A stretch of 64,000 nt of DNA from Christensenellaceae bacterium (GTDB taxonomy: Bacteria > Bacillota > Clostridia > Christensenellales > Borkfalkiaceae). Location: positions 136 through 64,135 of the forward strand of contig JAZRSX010000002.1 in NCBI GenBank assembly GCA_045651725.1. The letters run 5' to 3'. Both the position numbers and the translations under genes were made by a program. Under the pieces are notes generated by a model, which searched no databases, had not been told where the DNA came from, and saw nothing but the letters and a program-made list of their open reading frames with translations. This document shows, one piece after another, positions 1 through 9,486 of this stretch. How positions within the stretch are numbered: position 1 is the stretch's first letter; each line of letters opens with the position of its first letter.

Positions 1-1367
1 GTTCCCGTTTTAGTATAACCGATGTAAGCGTTGTAACCCAATTCTTCACACAAAAGAACAGTGTCGTCCATGGTTCTAATTCCGTTACTTTTTACGGCAT
101 AACCACAAAAACTTTCAAAAGTAGTAAGTATATTTAATTCTAAATCATAATGAGTCGTAGTTTCTTCTTTATTTAAATATTTTATTGCGGCACCTATTGC
201 GCAAATTCCGCAAGAACTAGTCATCGTTTGTTGTAAAACGGTGTATTTTTCTAAAATAAGCCTACTACCTTCGCTTTTCATATTGTAATAATCAGTATGC
301 TTATTATAATTTGCTTCAAGGTGATTAGCCGAACCGTTTCTTGACGAAACTTCGCCGTATAATGCTTTATTTCTCATACCTTGATAACTTCCATCCGGAT
401 TAAGTGGAAGGTGAATTTCAGGTATTTGTTGCGTTACCGTTAAGTCTTTTTGTTGACGGTCAAAGTCTATATCTATTTTAGGGTCAATAACTACGTAATT
501 ATATTGGTCGGTTATATTGCCGTTAACAGCCATATTACACCACCACATATAAAATTCACGCATTCTTACGGTAGCGTAACCGTCTTGATAATGGTCGCTA
601 CAATCATACGGCTCTGCAAATACCATAGTATCGTCGTTTTCGCTGTCGTACATTTGTTTGGTAACGTCGCTTAACACCAAACCCATTCTATCGTAGCCTA
701 TTATAACTTTCCAGCCAAAATCTTTTGGCGATTGCCAACGCACTAGCACGAACTTTCCGTCCTTAATGCATTGTTCTAGTGCGTTTATAGCGTTGGTTTT
801 TGTTGATACGTTTAAACCGCTAATGCTTGCTTCCCAACCTAAATTTAAAGAATCAACCAAATTTTTTAAGCCTTGCGGATTAGTTCCGTTACCGTAAACG
901 GTAGTTTTATTTGCTTGCTCGTATTTATTTAAAAGATTTAATTCGGAATATTCGTCTTTAACGTCGTAACCCATATAGTTAAGCACCATTAAAACGCTTG
1001 CAATTCCGCTAGTATCTTTCATAGTTTGTTGATAAGGCGAAAATTTTGGTATAATCGTCCTTTCTTCAGTAGAAGTCTTATTGTAATAGTCGTCCGCAAT
1101 ATAATATTCCGAATTTTCTACGTCGTATTCGCCGTTTAAAGGCGCGCCTCTACCATACTCTATTTCATTATAACTGCCACCGTAACTTCCGTCTTCATTT
1201 AGTATAAAATATTTACCGCTTTTATTCCTTGTATCTACCGTAGACGGCGTTTCAAAATATTGTGACGAACTAGCATTTACTTCCGAATAAACGTTTGACG
1301 CGCTAAACGTGGGCGTCATACATAAACTCATTACGAATATCGTTAAAACGCTTATTGCTCTTTTCAT
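1..1367 (-). CDS. Secreted protein with two tandem papain-fold (peptidase C39-like) domains; C-terminus runs off the window
   Basis: Absent from the ORF track because there is no stop in the window. The reverse strand is open from ATG 1367-1365 to position 1: MKRAISVLTIFVMSLCMTPTFSASNVYSE... (signal peptide). Two Q-x6-[S/C]-G modules: YQQTMKDTSGIASVLMVLNYMG and LQQTMTSSCGICAIGAAIKYLN. A G-rich SD lies 7 nt upstream. Confidence 0.75.
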   Translation of the reverse strand, partial: MKRAISVLTIFVMSLCMTPTFSASNVYSEVNASSSQYFETPSTVDTRNKSGKYFILNEDGSYGGSYNEIEYGRGAPLNGEYDVENSEYYIADDYYNKTSTEERTIIPKFSPYQQTMKDTSGIASVLMVLNYMGYDVKDEYSELNLLNKYEQANKTTVYGNGTNPQGLKNLVDSLNLGWEASISGLNVSTKTNAINALEQCIKDGKFVLVRWQSPKDFGWKVIIGYDRMGLVLSDVTKQMYDSENDDTMVFAEPYDCSDHYQDGYATVRMREFYMWWCNMAVNGNITDQYNYVVIDPKIDIDFDRQQKDLTVTQQIPEIHLPLNPDGSYQGMRNKALYGEVSSRNGSANHLEANYNKHTDYYNMKSEGSRLILEKYTVLQQTMTSSCGICAIGAAIKYLNKEETTTHYDLELNILTTFESFCGYAVKSNGIRTMDDTVLLCEELGYNAYIGYTKTG

Positions 1368-1383
1368 AATTTTACCCCCCCCC

Positions 1384-2811
1384 TTAATTGTACTCTACTA
1401 GTTTTACCCAAGACTCGTCTAAAATCAAAAATTGATTGTAACTTGAATTTCCGCCCAAATATACTGCAATTATTTCAACGTCGCAATAAAGCGGGTCACT
1501 GTAGTCAAACGAAGATGCTTGTGGATTATCAAATACCAACTCGCCAAAACTCTTACCCGTAGAATAGTAAATTGCAGGGTTTAAAAATACCGGTGACATT
1601 CCGTCTATTTTAGTTCGAGTTTCCGACGTAATCGATTCGCCACTAAACCAAAAATAGTATACTTCGTGCGTCGTGCCTAGCGTAAAGTTTAACTCGCCTT
1701 TTATCTTTACCGTTTTGTAAATATTTTTACTACGATTTGAACTTGACAAAAAGTCTTTAAGTTGTTCTTGGTCAGTTATTTCAACGTCTACGCTAATATT
1801 TGGCAAGGCGTTGTTTTTTGATATTACCGCAGTTTCGTAAAGCACACCGCCTGTAAATTCGGCGTGTAATTTATTGGAACTTGCAGATGTTGTAGACTGG
1901 GCTACTTTAACTAATTTTACCGGCAAAATTACTTCGTCGCCAACTTCTATACCCTTGCTGTCGTATCCACCGTGTAAAACACTACCTTCGCCTATTTTAG
2001 TAACGGTTATCAATTTGCCGTCAGTTTTATCCGCTAATAGCATTTCTCTTTCCATATAAGTAGACGTAAAGCCTACCACTATTCCGTTTACCGAATAATT
2101 TTTATTTACGCTCGAAGATAGTACTTGGCTTACGGACCTAACGGTTTCAACGATAGGTAAAGTCAATTCTTTGGTATATTTTTGATTATATAATCCCGCC
2201 GTAACCTTTACCGTTACGCTATCGGCAGTTGCCGTTACAGACTCTACGTTTTCTTTTTGAATATAAGTCCATTTTGAATACGCCTTTTTATCTACCGAAT
2301 AATACCTGTATTGAAGCGATTTATAAATATCGCTTGTTCTAGTGTAACTCGTATTAGATACGCTTCTTATTTGCAAAATGCCGTCTTTATAACCACAACC
2401 AGAGCAAGTTAAAGACCACTTTCCGTCATTGCCTTTTTGAACGTTGCCTAGTTGGTGAGAAGTTTTACTTACCAAATTGCCCTCGCACTCGCAAGTAACA
2501 GCTTTCCAATGGTAATTATTGTCGTAAGACCACTCACTGCTAAACGTATGCTCGTGCGAATAAGTGTGACCGCAAGTTAAACACGCGTAACTAACTGAAC
2601 CATCAGATTGCAACGTGCCCGCGTCGTATTCATGAGCGCCTTTGTCAATAAACTCTTCGGCATGCTCGCAAGTTGCGCTTTTCCAGTGATACTCGTCGTC
2701 AAAAGTATAGTCGCTTGAATAAGTATGGCTATGCTCACTACAAGCAACGGCGCTAAAAGTAAGCGCTAAAAAGACGAATAATATCGATATGATTTTATAC
2801 CTTTTTTTCAT
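1384..2811 (-). CDS. Lipoprotein with Cys/His-rich N-terminal repeats, function unknown
   Basis: Lipobox ...LTFSAVAC. Two copies of a module ending D-x-YHWK-x-[AV]TCE, each followed by CxxC-type pairs. No catalytic motif recognised. Confidence 0.8.
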   Translation of the reverse strand: MKKRYKIISILFVFLALTFSAVACSEHSHTYSSDYTFDDEYHWKSATCEHAEEFIDKGAHEYDAGTLQSDGSVSYACLTCGHTYSHEHTFSSEWSYDNNYHWKAVTCECEGNLVSKTSHQLGNVQKGNDGKWSLTCSGCGYKDGILQIRSVSNTSYTRTSDIYKSLQYRYYSVDKKAYSKWTYIQKENVESVTATADSVTVKVTAGLYNQKYTKELTLPIVETVRSVSQVLSSSVNKNYSVNGIVVGFTSTYMEREMLLADKTDGKLITVTKIGEGSVLHGGYDSKGIEVGDEVILPVKLVKVAQSTTSASSNKLHAEFTGGVLYETAVISKNNALPNISVDVEITDQEQLKDFLSSSNRSKNIYKTVKIKGELNFTLGTTHEVYYFWFSGESITSETRTKIDGMSPVFLNPAIYYSTGKSFGELVFDNPQASSFDYSDPLYCDVEIIAVYLGGNSSYNQFLILDESWVKLVEYN

Positions 2812-3112
2812 AACTTTCCCCCCAAGAAATAATTTAATTTTTTATTAAAATAAATATGGTGCAATTTAATTTTATCACTAACGCTATTTTTCGAACAGTA
2901 TTTTTACTTTAACAATTTTGCCTTATTTTTTAAAATAATTACGAATATTTTTAAATTCAAAAATATTTACCGCGTTACTTTTTTTACTTGACATCAATAA
3001 ATCTTATGCTTTATAATCAATTTATTAAATGCTTTTGATAAATAATTTTATATTTTAAATTCTAACGTTAAAATTAAAAAGTCAATATAGTTATATAAGG
3101 AATTGTTAAAAA

Positions 3113-4060
3113 ATGCAATATAATAAAAATTTTGAAGTTATATTTTGTGCCATAGAACGCAACCGTAACGACGAAATCTTAACGGAAAATTATCATAACG
3201 ACGCGCACTTTATTTACGTTATAAAAGGCTCGCCGACGTTTTACGTAGAAAACACACCCCATAAATTAAAAGAAGGCAACTTGCTTTTTATTCCCGAACG
3301 CGCATTACACAAAATGCCTGCTTCCGGCAAAGAAACTATTATTATTTCCGTGCGTTGCGTTATTTTAGATGAGTATTTTAAAAGTAAATTATCTAAAATT
3401 TATTGCATAAAAGGCAACGAATTTCACAAAAATACTTTGCATTACGTCAGTCTAAACTACAAGTATAAAAACGAACAAAACCAAAAGAATATTGACTATA
3501 TGCTTTCGACAATAGCGCTTTCTTTGTTTCAAAACGAACTTACTTACACGGATATGTCTTCACATTTAACTAAAACTGAAAGTTACAGCCCGCTAGTTAA
3601 ACAAATTATTTTTTATATAGAAAAAAACTTTGTTAGGCAATTTAAATTAAGCGAACTTTCTGAAGAACTAAACTACAACGCAAACTACCTATGTCGTATT
3701 TTTAAAAAAGAGACTGGTTTTACCATTATAGACCGCGTAAACTTTTCAAAAGTTAGGCGAGCGACCGACCTTATTATTTATAGAAATTACGATATTTCAA
3801 CGATAGTAATATACCTTTCTTTTAACTCGTTTAGTTATTTTTCGGAAATCTACAAAAAATACTCGGGGTTTAGCGCAACTGATTTAAAAAAACTTATGGA
3901 AGTTATTAGTAAAGAAGATAAAAGAGAGTTTTTCTTATCACTTGACTATTTAAACATACGCCCGTCGGAATTAAAAAGCATTGTTAAGCAGTTTGAGAAT
4001 TTTAAAATCGCAGTAAAAAAACTATTAATCAAATACGAAATAACTACGCAGTTTGAATAA
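3113..4060 (+). CDS. AraC family transcriptional regulator (cupin N-domain + AraC HTH)
   Basis: C-terminal LSELSEELNYNANYLCRIFKKETGFTIIDRVNFSKVRRATDLI... is a typical AraC double HTH. The N-terminus is cupin-like (HFIYVIKGSPTFYVEN). Confidence 0.85.
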   Translation: MQYNKNFEVIFCAIERNRNDEILTENYHNDAHFIYVIKGSPTFYVENTPHKLKEGNLLFIPERALHKMPASGKETIIISVRCVILDEYFKSKLSKIYCIKGNEFHKNTLHYVSLNYKYKNEQNQKNIDYMLSTIALSLFQNELTYTDMSSHLTKTESYSPLVKQIIFYIEKNFVRQFKLSELSEELNYNANYLCRIFKKETGFTIIDRVNFSKVRRATDLIIYRNYDISTIVIYLSFNSFSYFSEIYKKYSGFSATDLKKLMEVISKEDKREFFLSLDYLNIRPSELKSIVKQFENFKIAVKKLLIKYEITTQFE

Positions 4061-4082
4061 TAGTTTATAGTTTAATTATTTA

Positions 4083-4120
4083 AAGTTATTTTAAGCGCAA
4101 GTTCTTAAAATAACTTTTTT
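4083..4120 (+). terminator. Rho-independent terminator after the AraC gene
   Basis: AAGTTATTTTAAG-cgcaagtt-CTTAAAATAACTT followed by a T-run. Confidence 0.7.
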
Positions 4121-4231
4121 AATTGCAATTAAATTTAATTTTACGCTAATTTCTTTAATTTCTAAATTGCCCACCGATGAGTATCGCAGTAAATACTCTT
4201 GATAGCATTATCTTTTTTTTAAAGTTTAAAA

Positions 4232-4663
4232 TCAACTAAAAGATTGAAAAACCCAAATATATAGACAGCCGTCTTTAACGGTTAATAATTCTGCCCCTAA
4301 TATTGCCGACCCATAAACTTTTCCGTTATAGTCAATTGTACCCCAACCAGAATTTGCGTTATCAACGTCACTTGTGTAGAGCATCCAGCAACTTGACCAA
4401 TCGGCAGGGTTATCTATTCCATTTACTGAACTTACCATACCATTATCAAGTTCAAAAGAGAGTTTACCGTCTTCTTTTAAATAATTCATATAATCTACCA
4501 AAGTAGTATCGTTATTTATCTTCGTTTGCTCACTAGAAGCGTGTATAACGATATACGTATCTGATTCCTTTATAACTAACGGTTCTTTTTGCGTGCAAGC
4601 GCCAAAACCTAATACAATAATTGATACGACGGTTGCTAAAACCAAACTAAAAACTTTTTTCAC
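4232..4663 (-). CDS. DUF4430 (transcobalamin-like) lipoprotein, probable cobalamin-binding surface protein
   Basis: GTG start after AGGAGG. Lipobox LGFGAC. The SVNGIDNPADWSSCWMLY... region is typical of DUF4430. It lies directly downstream of a B12-riboswitch-like leader. Confidence 0.75.
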   Translation of the reverse strand: MKKVFSLVLATVVSIIVLGFGACTQKEPLVIKESDTYIVIHASSEQTKINNDTTLVDYMNYLKEDGKLSFELDNGMVSSVNGIDNPADWSSCWMLYTSDVDNANSGWGTIDYNGKVYGSAILGAELLTVKDGCLYIWVFQSFS

Positions 4664-4685
4664 GTATAAAACCTCCTAAAAAAAT

Positions 4686-4850
4686 TGCGCACTCTTTGAG
4701 CGCGCAAAAAACGACCTTTCGGCTTTAATGCTTTTTCTTCACTGCCCAAGAAAATTTACATTATTTTTTGACGGATAGGCAATCGGACTTTAACCGCAAT
4801 GACTGTTGCGACGGAATTTCACCGCACTTCCCCTACTTTCTGCAATTACT
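4686..4850 (-). promoter_or_regulatory. Cobalamin riboswitch candidate with terminator expression platform
   Basis: Minus-strand read: AGGGGAAGUGCGGUGAAAUUCCGUCGCAACAGUCA...UUAAAGUCCGAUUGCC (core GGUGAAAUUCC plus a B12-box-like AGUCCG..UGCC). Then hairpin GCGCGCUCaaaGAGUGCGC plus a U-run abutting the SD. A TTGATT-17-TATAAT promoter lies upstream at about 4880-4910. Confidence 0.55.
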
Positions 4851-5140
4851 TGCAACTCTCGTCAAATATTAGATTAAAATTATTATATCATTTACTCTTG
4901 ATTAAATCAACCTTTTTACCTATTAGATTACGATAATGAAAGATTATTTTTAAAATTGAAAATGCGTTCTATAAAACGTCAACTAAACAAATGCGCTTAA
5001 TTTAATTTTTTGTCTAAACTTTTGAGTTCACGTCTTTACGCCTAAAAGCGTTTTTTCTTTAATTTAAACTCTAAATATAAAAACACGCATAGGCGTTTCG
5101 CCTAAACGACACAACTAAATATTATTACCTTTTGCAAACC

Positions 5141-5171
5141 AAAAAAAGTGGCTTTTTTAAGCCACTTTTTT
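5141..5171 (-). terminator. Bidirectional terminator downstream of argF
   Basis: AAAAGTGGC-ttttttaa-GCCACTTTT flanked by A/T runs. Confidence 0.8.
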
Positions 5172-5185
5172 ATATTTTTTAAGTT

Positions 5186-6190
5186 TTAAAACACAACTTT
5201 ATCGGATAGCGTTGCAGCCATAACCGCTTTTATAGTGTGCATTCTGTTTTCCGCTTCTTCAAATACTACGGATTGCTTACCTTCAAACACGTCGTCGGTA
5301 ACTTCCATAGCGTCCATATTAAACCTTGCGCCCATCTCTTTGCCGATTTTAGTTTTAAGGTCGTGATACGCTGGTAAACAGTGCATAAATATCGTTTCTT
5401 TTTTGCCCGTCATTTCCATTATTTTGCTATTAACTTGATATGGCGCTAAATCGTGCACCCTGTAATCCCAAACTTCAACAGGCTCGCCCATAGATACCCA
5501 AACGTCCGTATAGATAACGTCTGCATCCTTAACGGCAATTTCTGGGTTAGTTTCAAATTTAAGAGTTGCGCCACTTTGTTTGGCAATCTCTTGACAAGTG
5601 TCAATGAGTTTTTGGTCGGGGAAATAAGCGTTAGGCGCACAAGCCGTAAAGTTTAAGCCAAGTTTAGCGCAAGTTACCATTAAAGAGTTGCCCATATTGT
5701 AACCCGCGTCGCCCATATATACGAAGTTAATACCCTTTAATTTGCCGAACTTTTCTTTAATCGTAAGCATATCGGCAAGCATTTGCGTAGGATGAAATTC
5801 GTTTGTTAAGCCGTTCCATACGGGGATAGACGCGTATTTTGCAAGTTCTTCAACGATTTCTTGACCATAGCCACGATATTCAATGCCGTCGTACATACCA
5901 GATAACACCCTTGCGGTATCGGCAATACTTTCTTTTTTACCTATTTGTGATGCCGTAGGGTCAAGGTAAGTACAGTGCATACCTAAATCGTATGACGCAA
6001 CTTCAAAAGAACACCTTGTTCTTGTGCTTGTTTTTTCAAAAATTAAAGCGACGTTTTTACCTTCACACAACTTGTGTGGTATGCCCGCTTTCTTTTTCTT
6101 TTTTAAGTCTTCCGCAAGTGAAATAAGCGCTAATATTTCTTCCGCTGAAAAATCAAGTAGTTTTAAAAAATCTTTTCCTAAAAAATTCAT
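5186..6190 (-). CDS. argF: Ornithine carbamoyltransferase
   Basis: STRTRCSFE, HPTQMLAD and FMHCLPA motifs; last gene of the arg operon. Confidence 0.93.
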   Translation of the reverse strand: MNFLGKDFLKLLDFSAEEILALISLAEDLKKKKKAGIPHKLCEGKNVALIFEKTSTRTRCSFEVASYDLGMHCTYLDPTASQIGKKESIADTARVLSGMYDGIEYRGYGQEIVEELAKYASIPVWNGLTNEFHPTQMLADMLTIKEKFGKLKGINFVYMGDAGYNMGNSLMVTCAKLGLNFTACAPNAYFPDQKLIDTCQEIAKQSGATLKFETNPEIAVKDADVIYTDVWVSMGEPVEVWDYRVHDLAPYQVNSKIMEMTGKKETIFMHCLPAYHDLKTKIGKEMGARFNMDAMEVTDDVFEGKQSVVFEEAENRMHTIKAVMAATLSDKVVF

Positions 6191-6206
6191 AATTCACCTA
6201 TTCGTT

Positions 6207-6248
6207 ATTTTATTTACAACCCGCTATATTTTATTTACAACCCGCTAT
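6207..6248. repeat. Perfect 21-bp tandem duplication spanning the argD stop codon
   Basis: attttatttacaacccgctat occurs twice back to back (6207-6227 and 6228-6248). It encodes the last residues of ArgD plus TAA; the second copy in reading direction is untranslated. Confidence 0.95.
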
Positions 6249-7394
6249 AATAATTTCTATTGCTTTTTCTAGCGTTTTAAAAGGTATGTTAAGAGCAGGC
6301 AATAACCTAATTTTATTTTTTGCCGTAAGCACTAAAACGCCGTTTTCTTTGCAATAGTTTAAAACTTCTTTACAAGGTTTAACCGTTTCAATACCTATCA
6401 TAAGCCCCATACCGCTAACGGATACTATACCGTCAACGCCTTGAAGTTTAGAAAATACGTATTCGCTTTTTTGCTTTACTTCGTCTAAAAGTTCGTCGGT
6501 TAAACGGCTTATTATATTAACAGCGCCCGCACAAGCAATAGGATTTCCGCCAAAAGTTGAACCGTGGTCGCCAAATCCGAAAACGTCTTTGACCTTTTCG
6601 CCAAGCATAGTTGCGCCGATAGGAAGTCCACCGCCAAGCCCTTTTGCCGTGGTTACTACGTCGGGCATAATTCCATAGTTCATATAGCCGTATAATTTCC
6701 CCGTTCTTCCGTTTCCCGTTTGAACTTCGTCTACTATAAGCACTACGTCGTTTTCCTTACAAAATGCGTCTACTTTTTTAACAAAGTCGACGTATAGCGC
6801 GTTTACACCGCCTTCGCCTTGCACGCACTCTATCATTACGCCCGCTATTTTCACGCTTTTTGCAAGTTCAACTAGTTGGCAAAAATCGTTTGCTTCAATA
6901 TGCGCAAAACCTGGGGTTAAGGGGTTATATAGTTTATGAAAAACGTCTTGCCCCGTAGCCGAAAGCGTAGTTAAAGTTCTTCCGTGAAAACTGTTTTTTA
7001 AAGTTACTATGGTATAATAATCTTCGCCCTTTTTTTCCGCCGCGTACTTGCGCGCAACCTTAATTGCGCACTCGTTTGCTTCTGCGCCCGAATTAGAAAA
7101 GAAAACCTTTTTCATACCCGTTTTTTCGCAAAGCATTTTTGCAAGTTTTACGCAAGGCGAAGTGTAATACAAGTTAGAAGTATGGGCAAAACTGCTTAAC
7201 TGCTTGGTTACCGCATTAGTCCACTCTTTATCGCAAACGCCGAAAGTATTAACGGCAATGCCCGTTCCCATATCAATATATTCTTTGCCGTCGCTATCGT
7301 ATACGTAAGAGCCGTTGCCCTTTACTATTTCAATAGGATATCTAGCGTAAGTCGACGCAATATATTGTTTATCTTGCTCTATTATGCAGTTCAT
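6231..7394 (-). CDS. argD: Acetylornithine aminotransferase
   Basis: Class-III aminotransferase (SGAEANE..., DEVQTG.GRTG, TTAKGLGGG) in arg operon context. Confidence 0.92.
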   Translation of the reverse strand: MNCIIEQDKQYIASTYARYPIEIVKGNGSYVYDSDGKEYIDMGTGIAVNTFGVCDKEWTNAVTKQLSSFAHTSNLYYTSPCVKLAKMLCEKTGMKKVFFSNSGAEANECAIKVARKYAAEKKGEDYYTIVTLKNSFHGRTLTTLSATGQDVFHKLYNPLTPGFAHIEANDFCQLVELAKSVKIAGVMIECVQGEGGVNALYVDFVKKVDAFCKENDVVLIVDEVQTGNGRTGKLYGYMNYGIMPDVVTTAKGLGGGLPIGATMLGEKVKDVFGFGDHGSTFGGNPIACAGAVNIISRLTDELLDEVKQKSEYVFSKLQGVDGIVSVSGMGLMIGIETVKPCKEVLNYCKENGVLVLTAKNKIRLLPALNIPFKTLEKAIEIIIAGCK

Positions 7395-7396
7395 AT

Positions 7397-8251
7397 TTAT
7401 ACCTCAAACAACGTGCCGATACCTTCGTCCGTCAACATTTCTACAATAATTGAGTGGGGAATTCGCCCGTCAATAATAAACACCCTTTTAACGCCCCATT
7501 TTAAAGCGTTAATGCAACACTCTACTTTGGGTATCATACCGCCCGAAATAACGCCTTCTTCAACAAGTTTATCTGCTTCTTCTATGGTAACCTTTTTGAT
7601 TAAACTATCGGGATTATTAGGGTCTTTTAAAATACCCGCTATATCCGTCATAGAAATTAAACTTTCCGCATGCAATTCGCCCGCTATTTTTGCCGCGGCA
7701 GTATCTGCGTTTACGTTATAGACGTTGCCTTCGTCATCACAAGCAACGGTTGATATTACGGGAATATATCCCTTTTCAAGCAAGTCTACGATAGGTTCGG
7801 CGTTGACTTTTTTAATTTCGCCAACGTATCCAAGTTCTGGATTTTTAATTTCGGCAACAAGCAATTTTCCGTCTAAACCCGAAAGACCTATGGCATTACC
7901 ACCTTTAACGCCTATTAAGTTTACTAGGCTTTTGTTAACTTTTCCCGCCAAAACCATTTGCACCACGTCAACGGTTTCTTTATCGGTAACGCGAAGACCG
8001 TTTTTAAACTCACTTTTTTTGCCTAGTTGCGACAATACGCCGTTTATTTCCGGACCGCCACCGTGAACAAGCACAACTCTAACGCCGATTAGCGAAAGCA
8101 AAACTATGTCTTTCATAACTTTGCTTTTTAAGTCTTCGTCTATCATCGCGTTGCCACCGTATTTAACAACTACCACTTTGCCAACGTATTTTTTAATATA
8201 AGGAAGCGCTTGAACTAAAACGCTTGCCCTTTTTTGATTTGTTATATCCAT
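7397..8251 (-). CDS. argB: Acetylglutamate kinase
   Basis: VVKYGGNAM, VLVHGGGP and NVNADTAA motifs. Confidence 0.94.
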   Translation of the reverse strand: MDITNQKRASVLVQALPYIKKYVGKVVVVKYGGNAMIDEDLKSKVMKDIVLLSLIGVRVVLVHGGGPEINGVLSQLGKKSEFKNGLRVTDKETVDVVQMVLAGKVNKSLVNLIGVKGGNAIGLSGLDGKLLVAEIKNPELGYVGEIKKVNAEPIVDLLEKGYIPVISTVACDDEGNVYNVNADTAAAKIAGELHAESLISMTDIAGILKDPNNPDSLIKKVTIEEADKLVEEGVISGGMIPKVECCINALKWGVKRVFIIDGRIPHSIIVEMLTDEGIGTLFEV

Positions 8252-8265
8252 TTTAATATATCCTT

Positions 8266-9477
8266 TTAAGTACGATAATCGCCGTTTATTTTAACGTAGT
8301 CGTAAGTTAAATCGCAACCCCACGCAACTGCGTTATAAGTGCCGTCGTTTAAGTCGACGCAAATGATTATTTCTTTTTCTAGTAAAATTTCTTTTGCCTT
8401 TTCTTCAGAAAAATCAACGCTTGCACCGTTATGACAAACTAAAATTTCGCCTTTATTTGACGCAAATTTTACGTCTATTTTTTGAACGTCAACGTCCGCG
8501 CCACTATAACCGATTGCGCAAAGAACACGCCCCCAATTTGCGTCCGCACCGAACATTGCCGCTTTTAAAAGAGAAGAACAAATAACCGATTTTGCAACAG
8601 TTTTAGCGCATAAATCCGTCTTTGCGCCCGTAACTTTACACTCTAATAATTTAGTTGCGCCTTCGCCGTCACCACAAATCTTTTTGCTTAAATAAACGTT
8701 GACGGTATTAAGCGCCTTCATAAACGTTTCAAAGTTTGTGCCTTCTTCATCTATTATTTTGTTTTGAGCCATTGCGTTAGCCATAACTACGACCATATCG
8801 TTTGTTGAAGTGTCTCCGTCAACACTTAACATATTAAAGGTGTTTTTAACGTCCGAAGAAAGCGCCTTTTGTAACATCGCTGAAGAAATATTGCAATCGG
8901 TTGTTATAAACACTAGCATGGTTGCCATATTAGGATGTATCATGCCCGAACCCTTTGCAATACCGCCTATTTTACATTCAACACCGTCAATTTCAAAACT
9001 AACGGCTATTGACTTTTCTTCGGTATCCGTAGTCATTATGCCTTCTGCGGCGTAAGAACTATAATTTCCTAAACCCTTGCATAAACTTGGTATGCCGTTT
9101 TTAATAGGCGTAATATCCAAAGGTTTTCCTATAACGCCCGTTGATGCAACGACTACGTCGTCTTGTAAAATATTAAGTTCGCTAGACAATGCTAGGCAAA
9201 TATTTTTTGCAACTTCTTCGCCGTCGGCATTACAAGTGTTAGCGTTTCCGCTATTGCAAATGATGGCTTGCGCCTTGCCGTTAGAAATATTGCTTTTAGT
9301 AACTAAAAGTGGCGCGCCTTTAACTAAATTAGTAGTGTAAACGGCTGATACGTTTGCTTGCGTTTCACTGTAAATAAGCGCTAAATCTCTTTTAGTTTTG
9401 TTTTTTCTTATGCCACAATGTATTCCATTTGCGGTAAACCCTTTTGGTGCGCATACACCACCTTGTATAATTTTCAT
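8266..9477 (-). CDS. argJ: Bifunctional ornithine acetyltransferase / N-acetylglutamate synthase
   Basis: ArgJ family over the full length, including the autoproteolytic ATML site (PNMATMLVFITTD). Confidence 0.93.
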   Translation of the reverse strand: MKIIQGGVCAPKGFTANGIHCGIRKNKTKRDLALIYSETQANVSAVYTTNLVKGAPLLVTKSNISNGKAQAIICNSGNANTCNADGEEVAKNICLALSSELNILQDDVVVASTGVIGKPLDITPIKNGIPSLCKGLGNYSSYAAEGIMTTDTEEKSIAVSFEIDGVECKIGGIAKGSGMIHPNMATMLVFITTDCNISSAMLQKALSSDVKNTFNMLSVDGDTSTNDMVVVMANAMAQNKIIDEEGTNFETFMKALNTVNVYLSKKICGDGEGATKLLECKVTGAKTDLCAKTVAKSVICSSLLKAAMFGADANWGRVLCAIGYSGADVDVQKIDVKFASNKGEILVCHNGASVDFSEEKAKEILLEKEIIICVDLNDGTYNAVAWGCDLTYDYVKINGDYRT

Positions 9478-9486
9478 ATTATCTCC

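Noticed and set aside
1375-1383. G9 homopolymer (C9 on the plus strand) between the lipoprotein stop and the start of the peptidase-like gene, as a phase-variation switch
   Set aside because: G-rich SDs (AAGGGGG) are the norm in this genome (vor gamma, tmcAL, and a G6 at 2818-2823). Length changes would extend the tract upstream without altering the SD-to-ATG spacing, so an on/off effect is doubtful. It is worth a glance only if read-level length heterogeneity is seen.
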